64,000 bases of DNA from Eledone cirrhosa. Taxonomy: Eukaryota. Made by a program: the position numbers and the translations under genes. This document shows, one piece after another, positions 14,140 to 27,113 of the stretch (within the stretch, counting starts at the first letter, position 1; the number at the start of each line of letters is the position of its first letter). The stretch lies in the NCBI GenBank assembly GCA_964016885.1, contig OZ024741.1, positions 104,842,001 to 104,906,000 on the forward strand, in the 5' to 3' direction. Under the pieces are notes generated by a model, which ran no database searches, had not been told where the DNA came from, and saw nothing but the letters and a program-made list of their open reading frames with translations.

Positions 14140-14282
14140 TTTCAAATCCCACCGAGGTTAGCTTCGCCTTTCATCCCTACTGGGTCGATAAAATATACTA
14201 CCAGTAAGTAACATACTGGGGTCGATTTATTCGACTTTCCCCTGCCCCAAAATTGTTGGCCTTATGCCTAAATTAGAAAATA
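14140..14282 (+). mobile_element. Nin-domain SINE fragment
   Basis: ttcaaatcccaccgaggttagcttcgcctttcatccctactgggtcgataaaat...ggccttatgcctaaattagaaa. Confidence 0.8.
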
Positions 14283-14964
14283 TTGATGGCCATTTCACTA
14301 AGTTCTGTATACAACATCAGCCATGGCTATGTTTGACCAGTGAGAGCTGCCGGTGGAGGTGTGTAAACAACAACAAAAACAACAACAATAATTACAACAA
14401 CATAAACAACAGCAATAGTACCAAAAAATGGCAATAAAAACAATAAACTCGTATTTTCTGTTCGAAGCTTTTCGCTATATTTCCTGCAATTTTAGAATCC
14501 TTACAGAAGAGAAAAATCGATTAAAAATTGATTGGAAACATATTTTCAATTGACTGGAATTTGATTAATCATTTATTGAATTTCGACAGAGTTGACTGAC
14601 ATCTGCAAGATTAAAAGTTGATTGATAATGAATTTTAATTGCATTAAGTTAATCATAATTTCAATGACTTTGATATTTCTAAGTCCCTGCAAAACCTTGG
14701 CTGCGTTACGGTATCGATTCTCAGTTGAGATGCTTCTTTTAATTTGCACCGTGGACTTATATTTCTTGCAGCATTGATTAACTTCGTTTGGAACGTACTA
14801 CGAACAAATTCAACAAGGTGTCAGTACTTGGGATGGTGAATGTCAGAAATATTACAACACACGATTAAGTACCTTGCTGTATGCGTTCAAATCCCACCCA
14901 AACTAATCGTAGCTTTCATCTTTCCAGCGTGGAAAAATTAATCATGCACCAAACATAGACATAA

Positions 14965-15090
14965 GCAGTAAATTGGCAGAATCTTTAGGATATCGGGAAG
15001 AACGCTTCACAGATTTCGTTCCAGCTCTATGCCTTTCATCCTTTCGAGGTCGATAAATAAGGCACCAGTCCAACACTAGGGTAGATTCTT
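14965..15090 (+). mobile_element. Old Nin-domain SINE fragment
   Basis: gcctttcatcctttcgaggtcgataaataaggcaccag. Confidence 0.65.
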
Positions 15091-15379
15091 TCCCCTTGTA
15101 TGTCTTTCTTACTTTGAGAGAGTGGGATTGGCATCGACAAAGCTTTTCCTTACGTAAAAAAGATTCAAGCACAGGCATCGCTTGATATGTGACATTTTTT
15201 GCAATGCTGGGCATAGGCTAGTGCCTAGCAGGACTAAAACAAACCACGTCCGTGATGCTCATGCTTAAGTATTAAGCGATGTCATTATTCGAAATCGAGT
15301 TTCAGCTATCATGTGTGTATATATAGATGCAAGTATAAATACAGTATTGTAAGCTATTTAGTGGTATATTACGTGTTCC

Positions 15380-18300
15380 TCAGCTCCACCAAAGCCCGCA
15401 AGCTACACTCACTCCTCCCAACCACCCCCATCCACCACCACCCGCCCATCCCCATGCGCCCACCACTCTCCACCTCTCCCTCGACCCACACCCCTACCCA
15501 ATCTCCACCACCCCACCTCACCCATCACCCCCCACCCAAACCCCACCACTTGTTGTCACCATACCCCCTGACCTCCCCCTCTCCGCACCTGAGCGCTCAC
15601 TCCTTAGTAGAGGCCTTCGCTTCATACCCCACACTCCGCACAGCGACGAGTTCCGCACCCGAACGATTCGTGCGACGAACGAAGCTACAGGCACATTTCG
15701 GCCGAACGCCACCGGCTCCGGACGCCCCAGACCCGTTTCTCGCCCTGGGCCGACGACCATCTTCTTGGACGCCGGCCCCAGGGCAATTTAGCACCCTGGA
15801 CGCGTTCGTCCATGCCAGCCGTAGCGCAGTAAATCGTTTCGACTTCCGCCACGGTTCCAAACGGTACAATATCTCACGGGGCGAACTCCTCGCTCTCCGC
15901 TCCCTCCGTAGCCGAGATGACCTCGTCATCAAACCGGCGGACAAGGGAGGCGCCGTGGTGGTGTGGCGCGCGGACCTCTACACGGCCGAAGCCCTCAGGC
16001 AGCTCTGTAACCTCACTTCTACCGCCCTCTACCCTCCGATCCCACCCCCTCTACCAACAACAAGTCTCCTCCACCATCCAAGACCTTATCGCCTCCTCCC
16101 TCCTCCCCCCACCGCTTCCCGCCTCATCATCCGCACCCCCCGCACCCCCACCATCTACTTCCTCCCCAAACTCCACAAACCCGACAACCCCGGCCGCCCC
16201 ATCGTCTCCGCTTGCAACTGCCCCACCGAACTCATCTCCGCCTTTCTCGACTCCATCCTCGCCCCCCTTGTCACCACCCTCCCCTCCCACATCTCCGACA
16301 CCAACTACGCCCTGCGCCTTTCCGACTCCTTCACCTACCCACCCGGCCCACAGCCCTTCCTCTTCACCCTAGACATCAAGTCCCTCTATACCGTCATCCC
16401 CCACGCCGACGGCCTACGCTCCCTCAAACACTACCTCGACCTTTGCCCCTCCCCCATTCCCTCCACCCCCACCCTCCTTCGCCTCGCCGAGCTGGTCCTC
16501 ACCCTCAATTGTTTCTCCTTCTCGGGTGAGTTTTACCAACAGGTCACGAGGGTAGCCATGGGTACAAGAATGGGCCCGAACTATGGCAACCTTTTTGTTG
16601 GCCATGTTGAGGCCCAAATCTTTGCCCAGTACACCGGCCCCACGCCCGAACTGTACGGTCGTTACATTGACGACTGTATCGGAGCCACGACCCTCACTCG
16701 AGAACAGCTCGACTCCTTTCTCTCCTTCTTCTGCTCCTTCCACCCCTCCCTCCACTTCACCACCTTTATCTCCACCACCCACGTCCACTTCTTAGACATC
16801 TCCGTCGCCTTCGACCCCTCCCACTACTCCCTCGTCACCTCCGCCTTCTTCAAACCTACCGACTCCCACTCTTACCTCGACTTCACCTCTTCCCACCTCA
16901 CCCACACTAAACACTCCATTCCCTACTCCCAACTCCTCAGGATCCGCCGCCTCTGTAGCCGAGATGCTGACTTCGAGTCCCAGGCCCTTTCCCTAGTCAG
17001 CTATTTCATCCGCAGAGGTTACCCCCCTCTCTCGTCCACACCGCTCTCACCCGCGCACGTGCTGTCCACCGATCCACCACCCTCACCTACGCCACCGCAC
17101 ACCCACCCACCGTCTCCCCTTCCCCATCACCTACCACCCCTCCACCTTACCCCTCCACCGCACCATCCGCCGCCTCTTCCGACCCCTCCACCTCCCACAT
17201 CTTCCCAACGCCACCACTCCCCTCCTTCAAAAGCGCACGCAATTTCCGCACCCTCCTCGTCCACACCTCCCTACCCCCAACCCACGCTCTTCCCCCCCCG
17301 TTCCTTTCCCTGTTCTAGGCCCCGCTGCAACACCTGTCCCCACATCACCAACACCACCACCTTCCCGGGTCCCAACGGCCACTCTCTCTCTGTCCGGCAT
17401 GCCTTCCGCTGCACCTCCTCCAACCTAGTCTACGGACTTCGCTGCACGGAGTGCATCGCAACTCACGTCGGACAGACGGGACGTCGCCTGGCGGACCGAT
17501 TCACTGAGCACCTCCGGGATATTCGTCTCGGTGGTAGTTCCCCCATCGCCCGCCACTTTGGTGCCCCTGGACATTCGCACGCCATCTCACAGTCTGTGGC
17601 CTACTCCAATGCCACGGAACACCCGCCAATCTCCTTAGAGTCGAACAAAGAACTATCTTCATCTTACAGACCCACACTCCCCCCGGCCTGAACTCCCCAC
17701 ACTTATTCCTTTAGCCTTCTACCGCCCCCCTCCCTCCCCACATATCCCCCACTAACACACCCCTCCTTTTCACCGCCCACCCCACAACTAACAATACTAA
17801 CACCTCCACTCCACCCCTCATCCGACCACCCTTCCCCAACTAACATACTAACATCCTTCCCCCCTCCTTATCACACGCACACACCCACCGGCACATATAT
17901 ACACGCGCTCACACTAAACACACACCCTACTACCACCACTAACCCTCACCCCCACACCTCCATCCCACCACCCCGCAACTAACCTCACTAACACCCCCTG
18001 ACCCCAAGCACACGAACACACGCACCCACTTACACCACCCACCCCACACGCAACTAACATCACTAACACCCCCCAACCCCACGCACACGTACCCACACAC
18101 CCTCGTACACCACCAACTCTACACACCCTACCACCACTAACCCCCACTCACACCTGCATTCACCCCTTCCCCACCTCCCGTATACTAACACCCACTAACA
18201 CCCCTTTCATCAAACTACACACACACCAGTACACCACACTCCCTCCATAGAACTACACACACCCTTCTCTCCCGCTCCACCCACACCCTCGCTCCACACT

Positions 18301-19056
18301 CACTCATCCCACTAACACCTCTACTAATACACACACACACCCTCCTCACTCCAACTTTCACACCTACCCATCCTCGCCCCTTTACCATTCCACTCGACTG
18401 CTGCTATGCCCTCTAACCACCTCCCAGCACAAACAGACACACAGCACTCCCACCGCTTGACCACTTCCTGTTGCGCGCGCACCCCACATCTCTCCTCTTC
18501 CGACCATCTCTTCATGGAATACTCGTATGTGGAACTTGACCACCACGGAATCTACTAACATCATAGGAATTTACCAGCATTTCAACCATCCTCTTACGGA
18601 ATCACCTATATAACTCACCCACACACACACCCCAAACAAATTTTTTCTCCCACACACCACCTTCAGCCCTCCCCGCTCGGACACCCTGTCTCCCTCTCCC
18701 ACTCCACCCGCCACCACCCCTACACACCCCACACCCTTCCACCACCTGTTTTACCCCTTTTTAATTTCAGTTTATTTTGAACATGCTTTTATATTTATTT
18801 TTATTTCATTCCTTTTATTTTGATCATGCTTTATTTTTATTTTTATTTTTAATTTCATTCGCACCGTTTCCTTTCGCTATATGTCTCTCCACCACTCCCC
18901 TACACACCCTTTGAACTCTGTTCCCACACACTTCTCACCTGAGGAAGGGCTTATGCCAGAAATGTCGTTCCCCACCATCACCCCACTCTCCAGAGCGTGA
19001 AATTAATAAACATTCGTTGTACTGCCTCTCTGTTTTGTTCCTGTTCAAATTTTTCC

Positions 19057-19059
<3 letters not shown>
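15380..19059 (+). mobile_element. Neptune-clade Penelope-like retroelement (RT + Zn finger + GIY-YIG), frameshifted, with C-rich 3' region and pLTR
   Basis: KPADKGG, YFLPKLHK..GRPIVS, DIKSLYT, MGTRMGPNY, RYIDD, FLDI, KPTDSHSYL, CSRPRCNTC, NLVY..C..C..HVGQTGR..RFTEH; hammerhead plus AATAAA near the 3' end; ends in (TA)n. Confidence 0.92.
18936..18969 (+). ncRNA. Minimal hammerhead in the Neptune pLTR (slightly decayed)
   Basis: CAC CTGAGGA A GGGC TTAT GCCA GAAA TG TC GTT. Confidence 0.65.
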
Positions 19060-19094
<35 letters not shown>

Positions 19095-19209
19095 TTTACA
19101 CATACACCAATTAAACAAAGTCACAGGTATATATGTGTTTTGGCAACTATTTCAACCATTTTGAATTCGCGTTTGACCACTTCGGAAAATAATCTGTCCT
19201 AGCGAGTTT

Positions 19210-19288
19210 GTCCCCTGAAGAGCTCTAAACTCGAGATTTATCCTTAATAAGATATCTCAAAATGTGAGCGAAACCCATGGGTCGGGAT
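19210..19288 (+). ncRNA. Type I hammerhead with fully canonical core
   Basis: GTCCC CTGAAGA GCTC [internal GAGAT/ATCTC hairpin] GAGC GAAA CCCATGGG TC GGGAT; palindromic ACCCATGGGT; predicted cleavage after C19283. Confidence 0.88.
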
Positions 19289-20365
19289 TTAGTGATTTAA
19301 TCCTGGTATGTATATAAACATTTTTAACTTTAATTTTTACCTAATTATGTATGGTTGACCGTATATTTAATTAATTTCCACGTGCTGTTGAAATGTTGGG
19401 TAAATATTCTATAGCGGTTGGCCGCGAAGACGCTGCTGTGGCGAATCTCCAAATAGTGTATGTTATGATATATTCACATCCGTATCGTCCAAAAAATTGG
19501 AAAAGTTGGGTCAACCGCATCCCTATACACACGCAAGTAAGTTCAGTTCAATGTTCTGATATACGTGTATAGATTGAATTGTAACATCCGTATCTCCAAA
19601 TAGTGTATGTTATGGTATATACACATCCGTATCGTCCAAAAAAGTGTATGTTTAGGAATATACGCATCCAAGAGCAAGTAGTCAGCTCATATCGAACTCA
19701 GTATGTGCCGTTGTCCCATTGAGAATCTGAGTCCCCAAATCTGTGCGTGCAAGCAACCGCTATGTAGGCCACCAAGGGGCTCTGTGTAGGGTTGGGTATT
19801 TGGGTTAAGGTGTTAGTATGTGCGATTTCCCGTCATATGGGCCCTTAGGCTTTTAAGATAGATGTTTGAGTGGTGGAGGTGTGTTATCCAACACAAAAAG
19901 TAAAATAAAATAAGAAAGAATAGTAAAACCCAGAAGATGTGTGTAGGCCCATTAATGGTGTGTAAGTATTATTGTCCAATCTGTAACCGTGAGCACTCCA
20001 TGGTTAGATGATCACGGATCAAAACCTAGTGTAGTGTTCAATCGATAGGAACGTGACCAGTCATAACTGTGGGAACGTCTTTTACAGCTATTGGGAGATA
20101 GAGACTTGATAGTTTTATGACCCCCAACTGAAGACGATAGCAGTCGCCGTGTTTTGACTGCTTGATCTTCATATGAGGGACTAAACTCTGTGAGTGAACA
20201 TCGTTAATTTTCTCCCTCATATCAAGGATGTGAAAAGAATTCATTTTCACCTGACGAGATCAGTGACAATCGATCATGGCTACACGATCGATCTATCTCT
20301 TATTGAAACATGTGTCGTGATTAAAATGATTGGAAATGTATACCATGCCTTCGGATATTTTGATT

Positions 20366-20447
<82 letters not shown>

Positions 20448-20448
<1 letters not shown>

Positions 20449-20815
20449 TTGTTTTGCGAGGTTTTTTATATGAAATCGTGTGTCGAAACAAATATTGATA
20501 TACTTGAGGAGAGTCATATTGTTGTAATAATATTGCCAGAAATAATAACAAACACACTCATTGTTTGGTTGGTTTTCGCTTCTGTATCTGTTATATCTCC
20601 ACAGTTAATTCATTCGGTCTTCAATGTTTACGATTGACTGACCAACGATCAAAAATACAGATATAAATACATATATATAGTCTAACAAAGTTTTTTCGTT
20701 GCACATCAGCAACATCATCAGTGGTACTATTATGTTCCTCCTGTTGTATTGTATATATACACCATTTTTATTTTATCTGTTTATTTATTTATTTTTGTCT
20801 TCTTCTCTGCGCATG
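20448..20815 (-). mobile_element. Family A copy with complete 3' end
   Basis: Homology to 4348-4718; hammerhead-like motif at 20678-20729. Confidence 0.75.
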
Positions 20816-21426
20816 CGTTTGCGTGTATGTATAGTGTTTGGTGTGCATTTGGGTGACTGTGTTTTGGTTATTGTATTCTATCTTAGTTTACTAGTGTGTG
20901 TTTATATGTGTTTGTTGTTATTTTGCTTGTGTATATATTTATTTATTCATTTATTTATTTATTTATATTTCTCTTAAGTCAGTATTGTTTGTTTGGGTGT
21001 TGTTTTTATTTCATTCATTTTTTCTGTTTCGCTTTGCCTTTCTATGCTCTATTTCGCTTGCCTCTTTGATTTACCTATCTGCTGGGTCATTTCTATGTTT
21101 AGATATTATTTTAATTTCTATGTTGTCATGTTAACCGCCATGTCTGGCGTATTCGTATAGTACTGAACCGATTTTTCGTCCTTTTAGTTCCCCTCAGTGT
21201 TGGTCTAACCTTTTACCTATGCTACGAGCTGTCTCACCGATGTATGTTGTTGTCATATTTCTGCAAGTACCCTCTGTACATCTTATGCTATAGATTATGC
21301 TTCTAGCTTTACAGTTTATCCGGGGGCTTACTTTACGTATAACACAATTCCTATTATGGAGATATAAAAGATACAGAAGCGAAAACCAACCAAACAGTGA
21401 GTGTGTTCTGTTATTATTTCTGGCAA

Positions 21427-21618
21427 GTCAGGGCGGTGGATTGGCAGTATCGCTAGAGGGTCGGACGCCATGCTTTGAAGCATAGAGTTACCTCCCTTTA
21501 TGATCTGAGTTCAAATCCCGCCGAGGTTAATTTTACCTTTCATCCTTACAGGGTCGATAAAATAAAGTACCAGTAATACACTGGAATAATTGCTGGCCTT
21601 GTGCCAAAAGTAGAAACA
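21427..21618 (+). mobile_element. Full-length tRNA-derived Nin-domain SINE with a 14-bp TSD, inserted in a family A copy
   Basis: A-box TGGCAGTATCG, B-box GAGTTCAAATCC; TSD attatttctggcaa at 21413-21426 and 21619-21632. Confidence 0.9.
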
Positions 21619-21914
21619 ATTATTTCTGGCAATATTATTACAACAATATGACCTTCCCCAAGTATAACAATATATATATATATATACATATATATGTTTG
21701 TATAAGTGTATATGCATATATAAACGCAATGTTATAGGCTATTTAGTGTTATACTACGTCCAATTAAAACAGTGATAACTCTCAGCTATATCAGATAAGG
21801 ATTACTTTGCTAAGAAGATTAGAAAGATTAACGATAACTTGTGTAATAATCATTTGTAGATGTCTACAAACACACACACACATATAAATGTATATATGTA
21901 TATATCCACCTACC

Positions 21915-21988
21915 CCCCACTCTCCTGAGCGTGAATTTAATAAACATTTATTGTACTGTCTCTCTGTTCTGTCCCTGTTCAATTTTAC

Positions 21989-21991
<3 letters not shown>
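21915..21991 (+). mobile_element. Isolated 3' tip of the Neptune element
   Basis: Matches ~18982-19059 including AATAAA; ends in (TA)n. Confidence 0.75.
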
Positions 21992-22028
<37 letters not shown>

Positions 22029-22039
22029 TATATATATAT

Positions 22040-22159
<120 letters not shown>

Positions 22160-22432
22160 CTATATATGTGTATATGTGCTTGCGTGTATATGCGTTATAT
22201 TAATATTAATTGGCTTAAAATAGATGTTTTTGAAAAAATATAGATTCTATCAAGTATATTTTGTTAGTCACAACCAATATATTTGATATGTACACTGCAT
22301 TGAGTAAAAAAAATTATTCCTTTTTGTGTGATCACTGGGAGCTTGCGAAACTCCCGGTAGGAATAGAGAATAAATCAGTAATATTATATTATATTATATT
22401 ATATTATTTTATATATATATATATATAGAGAG

Positions 22433-22629
22433 AGAAAAGATGAATATAAAATGAAAGTGCTCTTATAAAGGAATTTATTAGGTATTGACATATGTGTCTG
22501 TAACAGACGGAATACCTATGTATCGCTGCTTGCAAGCAGCGATACATAGGTATTCCATTACAGAAACATATGTCAATACTTAATAAATTCCTTTATAAAA
22601 GCACTTTCATTTTATATTCATCTTTTCTA
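22433..22629. repeat. Spacer-less ~200-bp palindrome centred on CTTGCAAG, containing the hammerhead 3' half GAAACATATGTC
   Basis: Arms are reverse complements with few mismatches. Confidence 0.85.
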
Positions 22630-22730
22630 CATTTTCTCCGGAATATAATTTATACTCGTTGAGCAAACCTACACGTACGCTGTTCATCTCTAATGTGACG
22701 ATATATTATCACTACATTATTGATAACTTG

Positions 22731-22778
<48 letters not shown>

Positions 22779-23094
22779 AGTGTAATAGCACATAGTGCAT
22801 AGGATGAGTTAAGTATAATTAATTAAAGCAGTGACATATACAGGTATTTAAGTTTTGTTGGATTATACATCCCAACTCATTCAGCCTCTTATATAAACAA
22901 AGATGGCTACCCCCGCACAAGGTTTTAGAAGTTTTTAGAAAATACATGAGAGGTTTCTAAGGTCAGGTAATCTCAAATTTAACTATAAATAGACAAATCC
23001 TTGAAATAATGTAAAGGGAGGTAGCTATGAATAACAAAAAAGTGGGGGCAAATTGTGTTGTGCAAAGTTAGAGTTGAAAAGTCGAAGAAAATAA

Positions 23095-23445
23095 ATTCAG
23101 TTAAACCCGTCTATACCATTTTTCAGAATGAATTTTGCTTCGTGAGGACAGCGACTAAAACAGACGAGACGGGAATTTAAGCACTGTTTCTCTGAAGCCG
23201 GTTGCGATAGTATAGTCCACTTTTCCGAGTTACAGTGCTGGCAAGATTTTGTCCCATTAACATAGGAGGTGGATTTTTCTAGTACCCTCCATTTGATGGA
23301 GAACTGTGCCGTTACTTTTGAGGTTCCACACCTCGTTCGCGAGCTGGATGGTATGTTTTTAGTTGGGCTAGCAATTTCACCAATATATACGAGTTAGATC
23401 GATTAGTAATAGCCCACTGTACGAAAACCTCCTTTTTAATAATGA
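23095..23445 (-). pseudogene. Naiad-type GIY-YIG C-terminal fragment
   Basis: SYIGE..LANEVWNLK..IKWRVLEKSTSY..KSCQHCNSEK..LNSR..SRCPHEAKF. Confidence 0.75.
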
Positions 23446-23459
23446 GGACCCCTGAATAA

Positions 23460-24370
23460 AGAAATCTACTAACAATGATCTATTCGATGTGTCAATGGGA
23501 TCATTTGACAGTGCTTATATATGGGATTTAGTGGGCCTTATAATCTTAGACACTACGTAAGAAATTCCATGACTTCTATACGGGTTTATATAGTGATGGC
23601 ACTATTGAGCCATAAACGTGTCCATGACCCGAAAAAAAAACTAATTACTACCTTCAGCAGCCTAGAACAAAAAATTACAATATCTACCAACTCACCAGTG
23701 TTACTTTCTTAGATGTTAATTTAGATCTACTTACACGCACATAAGTACCATTCCACAAACCCAGTAAGAAACTTAGGTACATTCATAAGGAATCTAGCCA
23801 CCCCTATAGTTTTTAAAAACCTCATTAATAACATCAGTAAGAGGGTATCCAACTTCTCTTCTAGCAAAGCCATCTTTGACGGGGCAGTACCCTACTCCAA
23901 CTAGCCCTAAGCAACAGCGATTTCTCCGAAAGAATCACTTACTCTCCAGATCTAGCAAGAAAAAAACGAGGTATATAGCCGTCATGTGGTTCGCACTCAA
24001 TATGAAGACCAATGATGGTAGAACATTTCTAGCCCTCCTAGATCTTCATTTCACTGTAGACAATAAATACCGACAAATATTCAATTGCCATACAGTGAAA
24101 ATAGGTTACTCTTGTACCAGTAACATAAAATCTCACATCTCTAACAAACGCAAAAGCCTTCAACCTTACGGATACTGATGCAGAAGGCCAGAGGCATGAC
24201 TCCTGGACCTACAGTGCAACACTCCAGCTGTGATATATCAAGCAGAAATGACCTCCACCAACCAGAACCACCAAACTGGAGCCTGGATTTATGTCGTAAT
24301 GTCTGAGAGCCGGTTCAAAAACCATTTTCTGAACCACGATATAACCTTCAGACATCCTGACAAAATACCG
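23460..24370 (+). pseudogene. Degraded Naiad-type PLE, RT to start of GIY-YIG
   Basis: FDVSMGSFDSA, GLYSDG, TFLDV, SSHP, IFNCHTVKIGYSC, CxCx5Cx5C-like finger, VIYQAE..IYV..SESRFK. Confidence 0.85.
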
Positions 24371-24646
24371 CCCCTTCTTTCTTCCTCTCCATCATCCCTT
24401 TCCTTTTCTCCATTCATGCACGCATGTGTGAGTGTGTGTATGCATATGTATATGTATACATATAATTCAAAACATACAGATCCACACATACACATAAAAC
24501 AGATATACAAAATCGCCTAGTTATTTAAATTCCAATGGAAGAATGTTGTTTCTGGGCTACAGACCTGCTCTCTCAATCTCTTTCACACCCTCTATCTGTT
24601 TCCCTGCCCCCTCTTTCTTTCTCTTGGTGAGAAATTCAAAAAAATA

Positions 24647-24927
24647 ATAGTTGTTTCTACTTTTGGCACAAGGCCACCAATAAACCCTAGTGTATTACTG
24701 GCACTTTATTTTATCGACCCAGTAAGGATGAAAGGCAAAGTTAACCTCGGCGGGATTTGAACTCAGACCATAAAGGGCCATAACTCTTTGCTGCAAAGCA
24801 TGGCGTCCGACCCTCTACCGATACTGCCAATCCACCTCACAATAATTGTTTCTACTTTTTGGCGCAAGGCCAGCAATTAACCAGTCAATTACTGGTACTT
24901 TATTTTATCGACCCCGTAAGGATGAAA
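24647..24927 (-). mobile_element. Two tandem Nin-domain SINE copies (24647-24840 full; 24843-24927 3' part)
   Basis: Reverse complement of 21427-21618. Confidence 0.88.
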
Positions 24928-24936
24928 TGCCAGAAG

Positions 24937-24988
24937 AACATACACACAGAACTGTCTGTTTCGAGACTGGTTCTCATCAGGCGATGTT
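24937..24988 (-). ncRNA. Decayed hammerhead-like motif
   Basis: AACATCGC CTGATGA GA..TC GAAA CAGA CAGT TCTG TG TGTATGTT; cleavage triplet non-permissive (GUG). Confidence 0.45.
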
Positions 24989-25089
24989 TAAAAGACAAAA
25001 TTCCTCGGTGGTCAGAATTATAAGGCCATCAGTCTAATGGGATATATGTCTGTCTGTCTATCTGTATATATGTATGTATGTATATATGT

Positions 25090-26091
25090 CTCATGGCCGG
25101 GTCGTTGGCGACTAAACTGGCAACCCCACCAAGGTTTCTTGGTGAGGAGGGTGACTTTGGACATCCTGCAGGACTAAAAACAAAACCTGTCAAAGGGCAA
25201 AGGAGCTCGTAAGAGTCAATAGCCATCCAAAATCACCGGGAGAGATGACCTCTTAGCTTTTGTCAAGGCAGAATTCTAGGAGAAGGAAAACTCTGATATA
25301 ACACCTGCAACCCTGATGGTATCCAATGATGTTGACTTGTTCTTCTTTTTGGTAAATATCATCTTGGTTAAGAGAGTGGGACTGGCTTTGTGCAGTGCCT
25401 TTGCTCACTATAAAAGCTTCACGGCACAGGCATTGCTTTATATCTGGAAATCTCTCTGCACTTGTCGTCACAGGGTAACATGGGCCCAGCACTATGTGTC
25501 AATATTTGTCACAAGTGTAGTGTTTGTACCAGAGTTTTCAAGTCGCTGGCTGGACTAAAAGGTCACACTCGTTCAGCGCATCGGTAGGGGTTCTCCTATA
25601 TGGATATAAAGTAGTGGCCGTACTCGAAAACGAGTTGGCAGCCACCATATATGTATATATATATGTATGTATATATCTATATATATATGTATGTATGTAT
25701 ATATGTATATATATATGTATGTATATATGTATATATATATGTATGTATATATGTATATATATATGTATGTATGTATGTATATATATATGTATATTTATAT
25801 GTATGTATATATATATGTATGTATATATATATGTATGTATGTATATATATATGTATGCATATATGTATGTATATATGTATGTATATATGTATATATATAT
25901 GTATGTAGATATGTATGTATATAGATATGTATGTATGTGGGTATGTATGTATGTATATATGTATGTATATATATATGTATGTATATGGATATGTATGTAT
26001 ATATGTATGTATATATATATATGTATGTATATATGTATATATATATATGTATGTATATATATATGTATGTATATATGTATATATATATGTA

Positions 26092-26122
<31 letters not shown>

Positions 26123-26494
26123 CTCCGGGAGAGATGACCCCTTAGCCTTCGTCAAGGCATAATTCTAGGAGAAGGAAAACTCTGATATAATACCTGCAAC
26201 CCTGATGGTATCCAATGATGTTGACTTGTTCTTCTTTTTGGTAAATATCATCTTGGTTAAGAGAGTGGGACTGGCTTTGTGCAGTGCCTTTGCTCACTAT
26301 AAAAGCTTCACGGCACAGGCATTGCTTTATATCTGGAGATCTCTCTGCACTTGTTGTCACATGGTACTATGGGCCCAGCACTGTGTCAATAATTGTCACA
26401 AGTGTAGTGTTTGTACCAGAGTGCATCGGTAGGGGTTCTCCTACATGGATATAAAGTAGTGGCCGTACTCGAAAACGAGTTGGCACCCACCATG

Positions 26495-26528
<34 letters not shown>

Positions 26529-27113
26529 TGTATGTATGTATGTATGTATGTATGTATGTATGTATGTATGTATGTATGTCGGGTCACTGTTGAGTGCTAC
26601 AGGTAACATGTAACCCAGTACAACCTGCCACATGGTCGGGTCGTCGGCGACTAAACCGGCAACCCCACCAAGTTTACTTGGTGAGGAGGAGGATTTTGAA
26701 CGCCCTGCAGGACAAAAAAACAAAAACCTGACAAAGGGCGGAAGAACTCATAAGAGTCAACGGCCGTCCAAAATTGTGTAAATATGTATGTAGACATGTA
26801 CCGCGTGGTCAAACCACTGGGAGTGAAGGACCCCTAAACTTTGTCAGGGCATTCTCCTAGGAGAAGGCAACTGAGGAAACTGGGATAACTCCGATATAAA
26901 ACCTACAGCTCAGAAGTTACCGATGATGTCGATCTTTTCTTCTTTTCAGGTTATAGCCACTGTCGCTCAGAGAGTGGGATTGGCTCAGTGCACAGTCTTT
27001 CCTCACTTTAAAAAATATTTTCACGCACAGGCATTGCACGATAGAATTAATTAATAATTATTTATAATGTTATATCGTGCAATGGCCATACTCGATAACG
27101 AGGGGGCAGCCAT
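25090..27113 (+). mobile_element. Cluster of three related non-coding retroposon copies (25090-25650, 26123-26492, 26635-27113), RTE-5'UTR-like, with (TATG)n tails
   Basis: Shared blocks gggtcgt(t/c)ggcgactaaac, ctaggagaagg(a/c)aa, gagagtggga(c/t)tggc; related piece at 15115-15240. Confidence 0.6.

Noticed and set aside
15313-17691. 792-aa ORF read as an intact active protein
   Set aside because: Contains compensating frameshifts (true frames such as VVTIPPDLPLS and YQQQVSSTIQDLI lie in other frames), and the N-terminus is flanking DNA
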